64,000 bases of DNA from Sedimentisphaerales bacterium (GTDB taxonomy: Bacteria > Planctomycetota > Phycisphaerae > Sedimentisphaerales > SM23-30), in NCBI GenBank assembly GCA_963666285.1, contig OY762711.1; one strand, 5' to 3'. How positions within the stretch are numbered: the stretch's first letter is position 1; each line of letters opens with the position of its first letter. The translations under genes and the position numbers were made by a program. Under the pieces are notes generated by a model, which had not been told where the DNA came from, searched no databases, and was given only the letters and a program-made list of their open reading frames with translations. Shown here one piece after another: positions 53,530 to 63,324 of this stretch.

Positions 53530-53801
53530 AAGTGCATATATATAAGTTTTTTATATGCATTGCAGGAGAAACCTCTATATTCGCGTCCCATAACCTGAAT
53601 TGGTTTATATATTAATAAGGCAGTCAGTGTTAAGAAATGCTGCAACTTTTGGAATCAGACTGTAATTACTTGTGGTTTGTATTCAATGAATATATGCAGA
53701 TTAGTTTCATATTCATTTTTTTATTATTAAGCGAGCATTTTCTGTCGAGATTTTCTTATGTAAATATTTTATATGAAAATGGATAAACGAGGATAACTGT
53801 T

Positions 53802-55742
53802 ATGGCAATAATATTTAAAAAGAACGTTAAAATACAATATCGTTTTATAGTGCCAATTACACTTTGCACTTTCGCTATTCTTGCAGCAGGTTTTTTATAT
53901 GTAGATAATCTGATTGAACATAATATTCAAAAGTCAATAGATGCCAATGTTAATCACATTAAATCATCTATATCAACATCACAAACTAACATCGAAGACT
54001 ACTGCCTTTCCCAGGCAGCATTGTTTACTAAAACCCCCGAGGTTCTACAGGCCTATGAAATCGCTCTCTCGGGTGATATCAATGATCCTGATGATGCCAG
54101 GGCCAAAGAAGCCAGAAATGTCTTAAAAAATTATTTTGATTCAATTGCTGCTTCTTTTACTGAAGTTACAGGTCAAAACAGGTACAGCTTACATTTCCAT
54201 TTACCTTCGGTCAGGAGCTTGTTGAGAGTGTGGAAAAGCTCGTCTCAGGAAGTGTCGGACGATATTTCGGGCTTCAGGGAGACGCTAAGAGATATCAGCA
54301 AAAATCATAAGGTTGTAAGGGGTATTGAAATTGGTCGGGGTGGTTTCGCTATTCGTGGTATTGCTCCTATTTTTGGCGATGCAGGAAAATATCTCGGGTC
54401 GGTGGAAATGCTGTCAAATTATACTCCCTTGGTGGTTTCTGCAAAAACCAAAGATACCGAGGAGCTGGCAATATTCATGAACTCATCGCAGCTTGATATT
54501 GCAACGAATCTGGCTGATCCTGCCAAAAACCCTGTTGTCGGTGACTTTGTTGTTATAACTTCAACCAATAAAGATCTGACTCTCAGCGTAACTAAAGGAG
54601 AGTTGCTTGATAAAGCACGCGAGACAACTGTTTCTGAGATAAATGGTAATTATTGCATTACTGCTTTCCCGGTATTGGATTTTTCCGGTAAACAAATTGG
54701 CTGTATTGCATATGTTCAGGATATTTCCGATTTACAGGCACAACTCGCCCGTAATAAGATCGCGATTCTGGCTGGTTCGGCCTTGTTCTTTATAGTTATG
54801 GTAACTATATTGTTGATTGCAACTTTTTCTGTTACAAAGCCGCTAAAAAATACTATTACCTGCGCAAATGAAATATCAATGAGAGTAAAGCTTTCTGCCG
54901 AACACGTATCCACTTCTTCGCAAAGTCTGGCGCAAAATGTAACTGAACAGGCAGCTTCCCTGGAAGAGGTTTCCTCTACCATGGAAGAGATGTCGTCTAT
55001 CATCAGTGAAAATGCTCAGAATGCTGCTAGTGCTGATTCCTTGTCAAGTCAGGCCAAAACCTGTACGGAAAATGGTATTGCGGCGATGCATAGAATGATT
55101 GACGCTATTTCCAAGATACAGAACTCGTCTGATGAAACTGCCAAAATTATTAAAACAATTGATGAAATAGCCTTCCAGACTAATCTGCTGGCGCTTAACG
55201 CTGCCGTCGAAGCTGCCAGGGCAGGAGAAGCCGGAAAAGGTTTTGCCGTTGTTGCCGAAGAGGTTAGAAATCTTGCTACCAGGTCCGCCCAGGCAGCGAA
55301 AAATACCGCTGACCTTATCGAAGAATCTTCCAAAAATACCGTCGCCGGGGTAAATACTGCCGATGAAGTTAAAGTTGTTTTTGAAGAAATCACCGCGATG
55401 GTTTCACAAACTTCTGATTATGTCGCCCAGATCGCTCAGTCTTCGCAGGAGAACTCAAAAGGGATCGTTCAGGTTAAGGAAGCTATTATCCAGATGGACC
55501 AGGCAACCCAGTCTAACTCTGCCGGAGCCGAAGAAAATGCTTCGATTGCTATGGAACTGACTAACGAAGCTGATGCTATGAAGCAGTTGGTAAATGGTTT
55601 GCGAGTACTTGTTGAAGGAAGATTAGATGGAAGCGAAGCTAATGCCAATACCATATTTACCAATTCTGATGAAACGGATGTATTTGGCCAGATATCAAAC
55701 TCCAGTTCGTGGGAATCCCAATCTGAAACCATTAAATCATAG
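53802..55742 (+). CDS. Methyl-accepting chemotaxis protein with Cache-type sensor
   Basis: Two TM segments; [40 protein letters not shown]. Confidence 0.95.
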   Translation: MAIIFKKNVKIQYRFIVPITLCTFAILAAGFLYVDNLIEHNIQKSIDANVNHIKSSISTSQTNIEDYCLSQAALFTKTPEVLQAYEIALSGDINDPDDARAKEARNVLKNYFDSIAASFTEVTGQNRYSLHFHLPSVRSLLRVWKSSSQEVSDDISGFRETLRDISKNHKVVRGIEIGRGGFAIRGIAPIFGDAGKYLGSVEMLSNYTPLVVSAKTKDTEELAIFMNSSQLDIATNLADPAKNPVVGDFVVITSTNKDLTLSVTKGELLDKARETTVSEINGNYCITAFPVLDFSGKQIGCIAYVQDISDLQAQLARNKIAILAGSALFFIVMVTILLIATFSVTKPLKNTITCANEISMRVKLSAEHVSTSSQSLAQNVTEQAASLEEVSSTMEEMSSIISENAQNAASADSLSSQAKTCTENGIAAMHRMIDAISKIQNSSDETAKIIKTIDEIAFQTNLLALNAAVEAARAGEAGKGFAVVAEEVRNLATRSAQAAKNTADLIEESSKNTVAGVNTADEVKVVFEEITAMVSQTSDYVAQIAQSSQENSKGIVQVKEAIIQMDQATQSNSAGAEENASIAMELTNEADAMKQLVNGLRVLVEGRLDGSEANANTIFTNSDETDVFGQISNSSSWESQSETIKS

Positions 55743-56136
55743 CATGGGAAGCGACAGATTAGGAAGTTATTATCTGAAATATTGTGAGATATAACAAGCT
55801 AAGTTTGAGCTGACAAAGTACAAGTGGTAGTGAGTCACTTTTAATAATTGTGCTAACTTGTCCATCTTAGGTGAATTTGTGGTTAGCTGGTTTTCGATGC
55901 AGATGATTTAACCTAATTGTGAGGCATAGCCAAACACTATCCCTTCTCCTACTGCAAGCTATTTCACATTTTTTGTGTATTTCATGGTAACTATCTCTTA
56001 TAATATTTAATTCAAACTAACTAGATATAAACTACCCAACTTAACGCGGAGCCAATAATTAAGAACGAGCGAAGCTGAATAAATTAGTTGTGAGCGTAAG
56101 CAAACACCTTCCCTTATACCTTGTCCGGTATGCCTT

Positions 56137-58239
56137 ATGCCTTTAATTTTTGCCCTGACAATTTTCACCGGCGCGTTCCTGCTCTTCCAGGTCCAGCCGA
56201 TCATAGGTAAATTTATTCTGCCATGGTACGGCGGCGGCCCGGCAGTATGGACTACCTGTATGCTCATATTCCAGCTTTTGCTTTTGGCCGGTTATGTTTA
56301 TGCTCATCTGCTGACAAAATATTTCAAACCGTCAAGACAGGCAATCATCCATTCATTATTTATTGTTGTCTCACTTTGCCTGCTGCCCATAACTCCTGCC
56401 GAGTCGCTTAAGCCCGGCATAAACACAGAACCAATCACCAGTATTTTAATCCTGCTCATTGCAACTGTAGGCATGCCGTATCTTATCCTGTCGGCTACCG
56501 GGCCGCTCTTGCAGGGCTGGTTTGCTCGCTGTCTGCCCGGCAAATCACCGTACCGGCTTTATGCTCTTTCTAATGTCGGTTCGATGCTTGCTCTTATCAG
56601 CTATCCGTTCCTGGTCGAACCTGCCGTTACCCGCACCCAGCAAACCCACATCTGGTCCTGGATTATGGCCGCTTTTGCTGTGATGAGTATCGCCTGTGCC
56701 TTCATTATGAAATTAAAGGGGACGGGCCCCATTTTTGCTCAATCAAATGAAATTCAATTAAAGGGGACAGACCCATTTAATTCTTACCAGGACAAAATCA
56801 CTCTTTCACGACGTTTCTTCTGGCTCGCATTTCCTGCAATAGCCTGCCTTGAGCTGCTCGCTATAACTGCTAAAATTACCCAGGACATTGCAGCTATCCC
56901 TTTCCTGTGGATACTGCCGCTGGCGATATATCTACTCACTTTTATTATATGTTTTGATAGTCATCGCTGGTACAAACACTCTATCTTTGTCCTGTTGTTT
57001 ATTTCTGCGATTGGCCTTACCGTCTGGCAGCGGCTCCAGCCGGACCGCTTCTCATTACCGCAGGAAATTGCTATTTACCTTGCTCTGCTGTTTACCTGTG
57101 CTATGGTCTGTCACGGTCAGTTGTATTACCTTAGGCCGGGCCACCATAAACTCACTAGTTATTATCTTATGATTGCGGCAGGTGGGGCACTCGGCGGTTT
57201 TATCGTTGCTGTCATTTGCCCGCTGATTTTCGATTCATACCTCGAACTCAACCTGGGCATTATTGCTTGCATTATGTTTACACTGCTCGCAGATATCCAT
57301 CGCAGACTGCCTCTGTCCAGGCGATTAATATGGGCGATGGCGATTATGATCGTTGGTATATGGTCTGTTTTATATCGAACTCCGGTTGACTCAGGTGGTA
57401 GGACCTCACTGTATCAGACCCGGAATTTCTTCGGTGTACTTACTGTTTGGACTGATGCCGCGGATTCTCCGCTTGACGCCCGCTACCTGCTCCAGCATGG
57501 TACAACGTTCCACGGCATACAGTTTCAGGACGCCGTGAAACGCCGTATACCCACCGCTTACTACGGCACCGAGGCAGGTGTTGGTATTGCCTTGGATGCT
57601 ATCTCGCACCATCGCCGTGGGATACCGTTTGCTATCGATGATACCGCTAGGGACCCTCTTCGCTTTGGCGTCGTTGGCCTTGGCGTAGGGACTATAGCCG
57701 CTTATGGCCTGCCCAGTGACTATTTCTGCTTCTATGAAATTGACCCTGCAGTTCTAAAAATCGCTGAAGATGACCGCTGGTTTTCATACCTTTCAGGCTG
57801 TCCATCTGACTATGAGGTGCTAATTGGTGATGCTAGACTTGTCATGGATACCCAACCGGATCAGGATTTCGACCTGCTTGTTATTGATGCTTTTTCCAGT
57901 GATTCAATACCGGTTCATTTGCTAACTGTCGAAGCTGTAAATGTTTATCTCAGACATCTTGATCAGGATGGTGTTTTAGCATTCCATCTTTCTAATCGAC
58001 ATCTGGATCTTCCATCTGTTGTCCTTCGTCTGGCTGAAGAACTGGGAATTAATGCTTGTCAGGTACATGATGATGGTGATGATGATATTGCAACTTTGGC
58101 TGCTACCTGGGTATTACTTTGCCGCAATGAAAATATTCTTAATACTCAAATGGTTGATAGCAAAGAAGATATGGTAAAGAAAAAAGAAGTTAGTCTGTGG
58201 ACTGATGATTTTGTTAATCTATTTGAAATACTAAAATAA
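56137..58239 (+). CDS. Fused membrane domain/spermidine-synthase-like methyltransferase
   Basis: FLLFQVQP...GGGPAVW, PYRLYALSNVGS, HGTTFHG, VGLGVG, YEIDP, GDAR, DAFSSDSIPVHLLT, WTDD. Confidence 0.85.
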   Translation: MPLIFALTIFTGAFLLFQVQPIIGKFILPWYGGGPAVWTTCMLIFQLLLLAGYVYAHLLTKYFKPSRQAIIHSLFIVVSLCLLPITPAESLKPGINTEPITSILILLIATVGMPYLILSATGPLLQGWFARCLPGKSPYRLYALSNVGSMLALISYPFLVEPAVTRTQQTHIWSWIMAAFAVMSIACAFIMKLKGTGPIFAQSNEIQLKGTDPFNSYQDKITLSRRFFWLAFPAIACLELLAITAKITQDIAAIPFLWILPLAIYLLTFIICFDSHRWYKHSIFVLLFISAIGLTVWQRLQPDRFSLPQEIAIYLALLFTCAMVCHGQLYYLRPGHHKLTSYYLMIAAGGALGGFIVAVICPLIFDSYLELNLGIIACIMFTLLADIHRRLPLSRRLIWAMAIMIVGIWSVLYRTPVDSGGRTSLYQTRNFFGVLTVWTDAADSPLDARYLLQHGTTFHGIQFQDAVKRRIPTAYYGTEAGVGIALDAISHHRRGIPFAIDDTARDPLRFGVVGLGVGTIAAYGLPSDYFCFYEIDPAVLKIAEDDRWFSYLSGCPSDYEVLIGDARLVMDTQPDQDFDLLVIDAFSSDSIPVHLLTVEAVNVYLRHLDQDGVLAFHLSNRHLDLPSVVLRLAEELGINACQVHDDGDDDIATLAATWVLLCRNENILNTQMVDSKEDMVKKKEVSLWTDDFVNLFEILK
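56711..56782 (+). repeat. Two REP-like palindromic elements in frame inside the CDS
   Basis: aattaaaggggacgggccccattt and aattaaaggggacagacccatttaatt, 45 nt apart, encoding LKGTGPIF and LKGTDPFN. Confidence 0.65.
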
Positions 58240-58387
58240 TACTATTATTAGTATTTGAGCTGTTTTTATTATACTATTTTGCGCAAAATAAAAATCATGC
58301 GGGAATAATACTGCATAATTTCATATATAAATATATGAAATAGTTGTGCTTGTATGCATTTCTTGTTTATATGTTAATTATTATATT

Positions 58388-58903
58388 ATGAGCGATAAGT
58401 CGAATATTTTCTTTAGTTTATATAACAGTGTCCATGGCAGAGTCTTTTCCTATCTGCTGACACTGGTGCATAATCGTGCCGCTGCTGAGGATATTTTGCA
58501 GGATACGGCATCATTTATGTGGGAAAATTTTGATAAATTTGAAGAGGGGACCAATTTTAATGCGTGGGCCATCCGAATCGCAAAAAATAAGGCGATGGAG
58601 TACTTACGTGATAACAATAAGACTAAAAAACTGCTTAGCGACCAGCTGTATCAATCTATTGCTGAAACCGCCGAACAGGAATCAAAAGAGTTTAATCGCC
58701 GGATCAATGCTTTAGATAAGTGTATGGAAAAGCTTAGTAGTAAGGATCAGACGCTGCTGCAGCTTCGGTATAGAAATAATGTTTCAATGAACGAAATTTC
58801 TGTCCGAACAGGTAGGTCCAGTAGTGCTCTTTATAGAAATATAACCAGGATCTATGAATCTTTGAGGATTTGTATTTCAAAAACTCTGGTTCAGGAATTG
58901 TAA
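58388..58903 (+). CDS. ECF sigma-70 factor
   Basis: AEDILQD, FNAWAIRIAKN region 2; region 4 LLQLRY; start moved to ATG 58388. Confidence 0.9.
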   Translation: MSDKSNIFFSLYNSVHGRVFSYLLTLVHNRAAAEDILQDTASFMWENFDKFEEGTNFNAWAIRIAKNKAMEYLRDNNKTKKLLSDQLYQSIAETAEQESKEFNRRINALDKCMEKLSSKDQTLLQLRYRNNVSMNEISVRTGRSSSALYRNITRIYESLRICISKTLVQEL

Positions 58904-58968
58904 GATATGTACATTGCTAGTTGTAAGTATTTTATTTACAACTAGATAGTATTTAAGACTTTTGAAAG

Positions 58969-60618
58969 TTGATACTGATGTCAGATTATGAACGAAAAGA
59001 TGATTTAGCCCCATTATTCCTTAAGCTGATTGAAAATAACATTTCAGATCAGGAACTGGAATTGCTGGAGCAGATATTGTCAGAAAACCCTGAGTATGTC
59101 CGGGAATATTGCCAGTTTGCTGCGACATATTCGGCTGTTCAGGTCAAGTTCGGTGCTGATATTACCCAGCCTGACAGACTGGATTGGAAACTGATTTCAG
59201 AACTGGCAGAATATGAAGTATCTGCACCGGAAGTGGTTATTGAAAAACCAGTTATAGAAAATAATATTCACGAGAAAGCTAGTGTGGATTTCTATTCCAA
59301 GCATCGCAGGCTTCGTTTTTGGTATTATTCTATTTTTACCACAGCTGCCTCGATATTGATCTTTTTTGTAATCTATGCAAATGTTTTTCCTCCTCAGTTG
59401 TCCGAGCCGGTTGCTACCTTAGTTGATCAGATAAATGTCAAATGGCATCAGGAATCTGAGCGATTATTGACCAATGACCGTCTTTTGACACATCAGGCTC
59501 CGTATTTCATTGATAACGGGATATTGAGCATTCGATACGATAATGGTGTTGACGTTGTGATTGAAGGGCCGGCCAAATTTGAGATTGATAGAGATGGTAT
59601 ATTTCTTAATCATGGCAAATTATATTCACATGTTTCTCCGACAGGTACTGGCTTTGCAGTGGACACACCAAACTCAAGATTTATTGATCTTGGCACTGAA
59701 TTTGGTGTGGAAGTTGACGTGAAAGGATCCTCTGAACTTCACGTTATGGATGGTGAAGTGCAGCTTTATGCCGGAAGAACTGGCGGTAAGCGTTCCAGCA
59801 AAAAGGTTTTCCAGGGCAATGCTTATAAATTCGATGCTGAGCATGGCAACCTGGAAACAATTCCTATGAAGGATAACCAGTTTGTACGATTTGTGAATTC
59901 TAAATCAAATGATATTTGGCGAGGTGAGAAACTTTCTCTTGCCGACCTCGTTGCCGGTGGTAATGGCTTTGGGACTGGTAAGCCCAATATCTGTATACAT
60001 CCTTTAACAGGAAAATTCACTTTTTTTAAGGATGCTTCCACTTCTGAAAGACTAATATCTGTTGATCTTAAACCTGTTTTAGAATCAGAATTTGTAGATT
60101 CAATTTTCGTGCCTGACGGTAACGAAAATGAACCGGTTGTAATCAGCTCAAATGGTGTTACCTATTCCGGTTTTCCAGATACCAGGGGCAAGTTCTTTTC
60201 TTATCTTAAGGCCAATCCATATTATTTAGGTGAAGGCGGGGACGGATATTATGACAAATATGATCCTTCTTCTGAAAATGTAGCAATATACATGCATTCT
60301 AACCTTGGTGTTACCTTTGACCTTGCAAAGATACGCAATAATTTTGGCAATAATATCAAGATACCATCATTCAATTTTGAATATGGTTTCAGAAATGAGT
60401 CAAATAAGAAAAATGGTAAGATAGATTTCTGGGTATTTGTTGATGGTGAATTAAAATTCAGTGCCAGACAAGTTGAGCATTTTATAATGCCAAAAGCTGC
60501 CCAGCTATCTTTAGCCGATGATGCCAGTTTTTTGACACTGTCAATTACGGAATCTGATGACGGTGGTGGAAGAGATTGGGGAGCATTTATCAATCCGGAA
60601 TTAACTATAGAAAAATAA
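58969..60618 (+). CDS. FecR-domain anti-sigma factor with C-terminal NPCBM-like domain
   Basis: Single TM; VVIEGPA, FAVDTP, DLGTEFGV, HVMDGEV; MHSNLGVTFDL, FLTLSITE. Confidence 0.85.
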   Translation: MILMSDYERKDDLAPLFLKLIENNISDQELELLEQILSENPEYVREYCQFAATYSAVQVKFGADITQPDRLDWKLISELAEYEVSAPEVVIEKPVIENNIHEKASVDFYSKHRRLRFWYYSIFTTAASILIFFVIYANVFPPQLSEPVATLVDQINVKWHQESERLLTNDRLLTHQAPYFIDNGILSIRYDNGVDVVIEGPAKFEIDRDGIFLNHGKLYSHVSPTGTGFAVDTPNSRFIDLGTEFGVEVDVKGSSELHVMDGEVQLYAGRTGGKRSSKKVFQGNAYKFDAEHGNLETIPMKDNQFVRFVNSKSNDIWRGEKLSLADLVAGGNGFGTGKPNICIHPLTGKFTFFKDASTSERLISVDLKPVLESEFVDSIFVPDGNENEPVVISSNGVTYSGFPDTRGKFFSYLKANPYYLGEGGDGYYDKYDPSSENVAIYMHSNLGVTFDLAKIRNNFGNNIKIPSFNFEYGFRNESNKKNGKIDFWVFVDGELKFSARQVEHFIMPKAAQLSLADDASFLTLSITESDDGGGRDWGAFINPELTIEK

Positions 60619-60671
60619 TATTTCTATACTGACATATAGTTTAATGAAACAATATTTGTTTTCGAAAATAT

Positions 60672-60697
60672 GGGCAGAGCTGTAAAAAGCTCTGCCC
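60672..60697. terminator. Terminator-like hairpin between convergent genes
   Basis: gggcagagct-gtaaaa-agctctgccc, perfect 10-bp stem. Confidence 0.7.
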
Positions 60698-60706
60698 GTT
60701 CTTCTA

Positions 60707-61369
60707 CTACCTCCTTCTAATAAACATACCCATTGCAGCAATTATTAATGTGGCCGATGTCGGTTCCGGCACAACCTGAAAAGTAAATGTTGCTATACTT
60801 GAATCTATTCCACCGGCAGTTAGTTCTGCGGAGGCTTCAAACTGTAGTTCGTAGGTGCCAGGTGCGGTGAAACCCCAGTTATAGTGAGCATGGCCAAGTG
60901 ATAGCAAAATTGAGTCGGAGTCAGATATTCCGTCTTCTGTTGACATGTATATTGTTTTGGTGCCAAAAGCATCTTCCTGCCACAGAGAGAAATTACCAGT
61001 TCCGGATGTAGTTGTAATACCGATCAAAGTGAATTTAATAGTATCATTTACAAATAATCCTTCTTCAGCTTCGCCTGTGCCAATGCCCAGGAACGGGAGG
61101 TCATGGTTATGGCTTTGCGGCAGAGCCCACATTTCACCATTATAGGCAGCTTCCGGGACTGATATTGTGATATCGCCGGGTTCATACTCTGCTTCAACGT
61201 CATCGATTCCGTCTATAGTTGCCCCCTCTGCATGAAAGTGCAGTTCGAGGCCATCTTCTCCGGCCATCCCTATGTCAGCGTGACCTCCGGTAAACATTGC
61301 TGAAGCGTATATCGAGTTCGCGGCTAAAGTTAATACGGTAATTGCAAATAGTTTAGTTATAATTCTCAT
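60707..61369 (-). CDS. TIGR03769/choice-of-anchor-M-like domain protein with PEP-CTERM
   Basis: Signal peptide; GHADI, HFH, WALPQ...LPFLG, HAHYNWGFTAPGTY; C-terminal VPEP-TM-RRR. Confidence 0.8.
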   Translation of the reverse strand: MRIITKLFAITVLTLAANSIYASAMFTGGHADIGMAGEDGLELHFHAEGATIDGIDDVEAEYEPGDITISVPEAAYNGEMWALPQSHNHDLPFLGIGTGEAEEGLFVNDTIKFTLIGITTTSGTGNFSLWQEDAFGTKTIYMSTEDGISDSDSILLSLGHAHYNWGFTAPGTYELQFEASAELTAGGIDSSIATFTFQVVPEPTSATLIIAAMGMFIRRR

Positions 61370-61491
61370 TTTTTAATCCTTTATAAATTAAATTGATATT
61401 GTTTATGTAAAAAAATTACTCGGTTACTGTTTGGAAATATTCATCTTTATTTTGCTAAATTTAAGTTACATTTTCATTTATTCTGTTGAGT

Positions 61492-62442
61492 TTATTCGCA
61501 TCCAGGATAACCGCAAAGCAGCCATTCTCCGGCAGTTATCTGCAGTTCATTAATATCTATTGTGTTTTTGTCATCCTGATAAATGTCAGCTATTCCACAT
61601 TCTGATTCAGAGACGCAGTTGCTTTCCAGCCAGTATTCAGCAAGTAACGCCAGGTCGAAAAGATCAACTTTGCAGTCTCCGCTAAAGGGTTCGTTATTGA
61701 TAGGCCAGATATCAGCGAAAAGGGTTTCCTGGCAGTTATAAACTGTCGCAATCTCAAAATCGATCTCGTAGTATCCCGGTTTGCTAAAACCCCAGTTTAG
61801 ATGTCTGTGCCCGCCTGCTGATATATAATACGTATCGTCACTGGTTATACCGTCGCTATATGATGACATAAATACTGTTGTTGGCCCTGTCTGCCATACT
61901 GAAAACTGGCCACCTTCCGGCCCGCGAACATCTTTCAAGGTTACTCTGAACCATTGGTCGCCGGTGTCAGCGTTTTTATCCGGATCGTTCGGGTTCCAGT
62001 CGCACAAGTTGTATGTATCAGAGTCGTGAGCAGCAAAACCGAGTGGTAGTTCACCGTTATTGGCATTTTGCGGCAAAATCCACAATTCTCCGCCAGCACC
62101 AACTCCTGTGAATTCAAAGCCGCCCGGTATTGAGTTGTAATAAGTATTACTATTACCGTATAGCAGTCCATCTTCAAGCTCGACACGTTGTCCTTCCTGG
62201 CCGCTTCCCGGTGAATCATAAGATAAATGCGGGTCCCAACCGGATGATTTGAATGATACTTCAACGTCTGTGTGGTAGGTATCGATTATCGTAAAATTAT
62301 TTGGATCAAAATTGTTGGGCTCTGAGTTTGAACCCTCTAAATAGAAATGCAGAGTTATTCCCTTTGTCAGCATACTGCAGTTATTATCTGCATAACAGTT
62401 TAGCGACATCAATGCGGCTATTATAATTATCATGTACTTCAT
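61492..62442 (-). CDS. TIGR03769/choice-of-anchor-M-like domain protein with dockerin-like C-terminus
   Basis: HTDV, WILPQ...LPLG, GPEGGQFSVWQ, HRHLNWGFSKPGYY; GDCKVDLFDLALLAEYWL...ADI...WLLCG. Confidence 0.78.
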   Translation of the reverse strand: MKYMIIIIAALMSLNCYADNNCSMLTKGITLHFYLEGSNSEPNNFDPNNFTIIDTYHTDVEVSFKSSGWDPHLSYDSPGSGQEGQRVELEDGLLYGNSNTYYNSIPGGFEFTGVGAGGELWILPQNANNGELPLGFAAHDSDTYNLCDWNPNDPDKNADTGDQWFRVTLKDVRGPEGGQFSVWQTGPTTVFMSSYSDGITSDDTYYISAGGHRHLNWGFSKPGYYEIDFEIATVYNCQETLFADIWPINNEPFSGDCKVDLFDLALLAEYWLESNCVSESECGIADIYQDDKNTIDINELQITAGEWLLCGYPGCE

Positions 62443-62457
62443 TTCTTATCCTTTACG

Positions 62458-63138
62458 CTAGTCTTTAGGTTTAGCAAAATTGTAAAAGTTATCTGCCCAT
62501 TCTTTGATAGTGTCTTTTGGTAGGGGGTCAACATGTGTATCGGCATATAAAAACAGTGTGCAGTTTTTATACCTGTCCACCTGGATATCCTTTTGGATGG
62601 TATCCCATGGGACATTAGGAGCAGGGTTAAACCATAATCTCGAATGGGTATGATCATTAGTAACATTTGCATCCAAATTATTTGCCCCGACAAATGTAGT
62701 AATACACTCTGCCTGTCTTTTTATCCTGTCTTTATTGCGATACGACTTACCTGTTATTCTGCCGAAAGGGTCTGTTTCATCAACAGCAATATATTCATTC
62801 AATACATAGCTGCTTACCTTGTTTGCCAGTCTTTCGGCTTTTTTGGGGTCTGCCGGACATATCCTGATTTCATCAATATCAGAAAAATACTTTGATAATG
62901 TATATATCCATGATTCTTCGTCGGTTTTATCGTGAGTTGTTTCAGGAAAATACCCTTTGTTGTCCGCAGCGTACATTTCAATTGCAATGCCAATTTGTCG
63001 CATATTACTGGCCGAGGCGACGCGTCTTGCCTGTACCCTGGCATTTGCCAGTGCAGGCATAAGAATGCTGACCAGTAACGCAATTATGGATATTACAACC
63101 AGAAGTTCTATCAACGTAAATGCGCACTTATTTTTCAT
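62458..63138 (-). CDS. Prepilin-type N-terminal cleavage protein (DUF1559-like)
   Basis: A|FTLIELLVVISIIALLVSILMPAL, SNMRQIG, CPAD, SYVLN, DHTH; degenerate H-X9-DG tail (RYKNCTLFLYADTHV). Confidence 0.88.
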   Translation of the reverse strand: MKNKCAFTLIELLVVISIIALLVSILMPALANARVQARRVASASNMRQIGIAIEMYAADNKGYFPETTHDKTDEESWIYTLSKYFSDIDEIRICPADPKKAERLANKVSSYVLNEYIAVDETDPFGRITGKSYRNKDRIKRQAECITTFVGANNLDANVTNDHTHSRLWFNPAPNVPWDTIQKDIQVDRYKNCTLFLYADTHVDPLPKDTIKEWADNFYNFAKPKD

Positions 63139-63324
63139 TACGTTTATCCTTTTGTATGTTTAAACGTTTCCATGATATCTTAATGTTTTGTTATCAAGAT
63201 ATAAAAACGGGTGTGGTAAACATCTTAGCGCATAGCATTCTTACAGGTTGATACGGCATACAAATATACCACAATCAACATGTCTTATTAGTTGATGCGT
63301 TAAGAAATAATTAGAAAATGTAAC

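Noticed and set aside
55743..56000. Possible structured RNA or riboswitch after the MCP gene
   Set aside because: Only short scattered helices; no recognisable consensus
56030..56105. attC-like imperfect hairpin (cttaacgc...gcgtaag, containing gagcgaagc)
   Set aside because: No clear RYYYAAC/GTTRRRY ends, no cassette array and no integrase in the window; at most a decayed remnant
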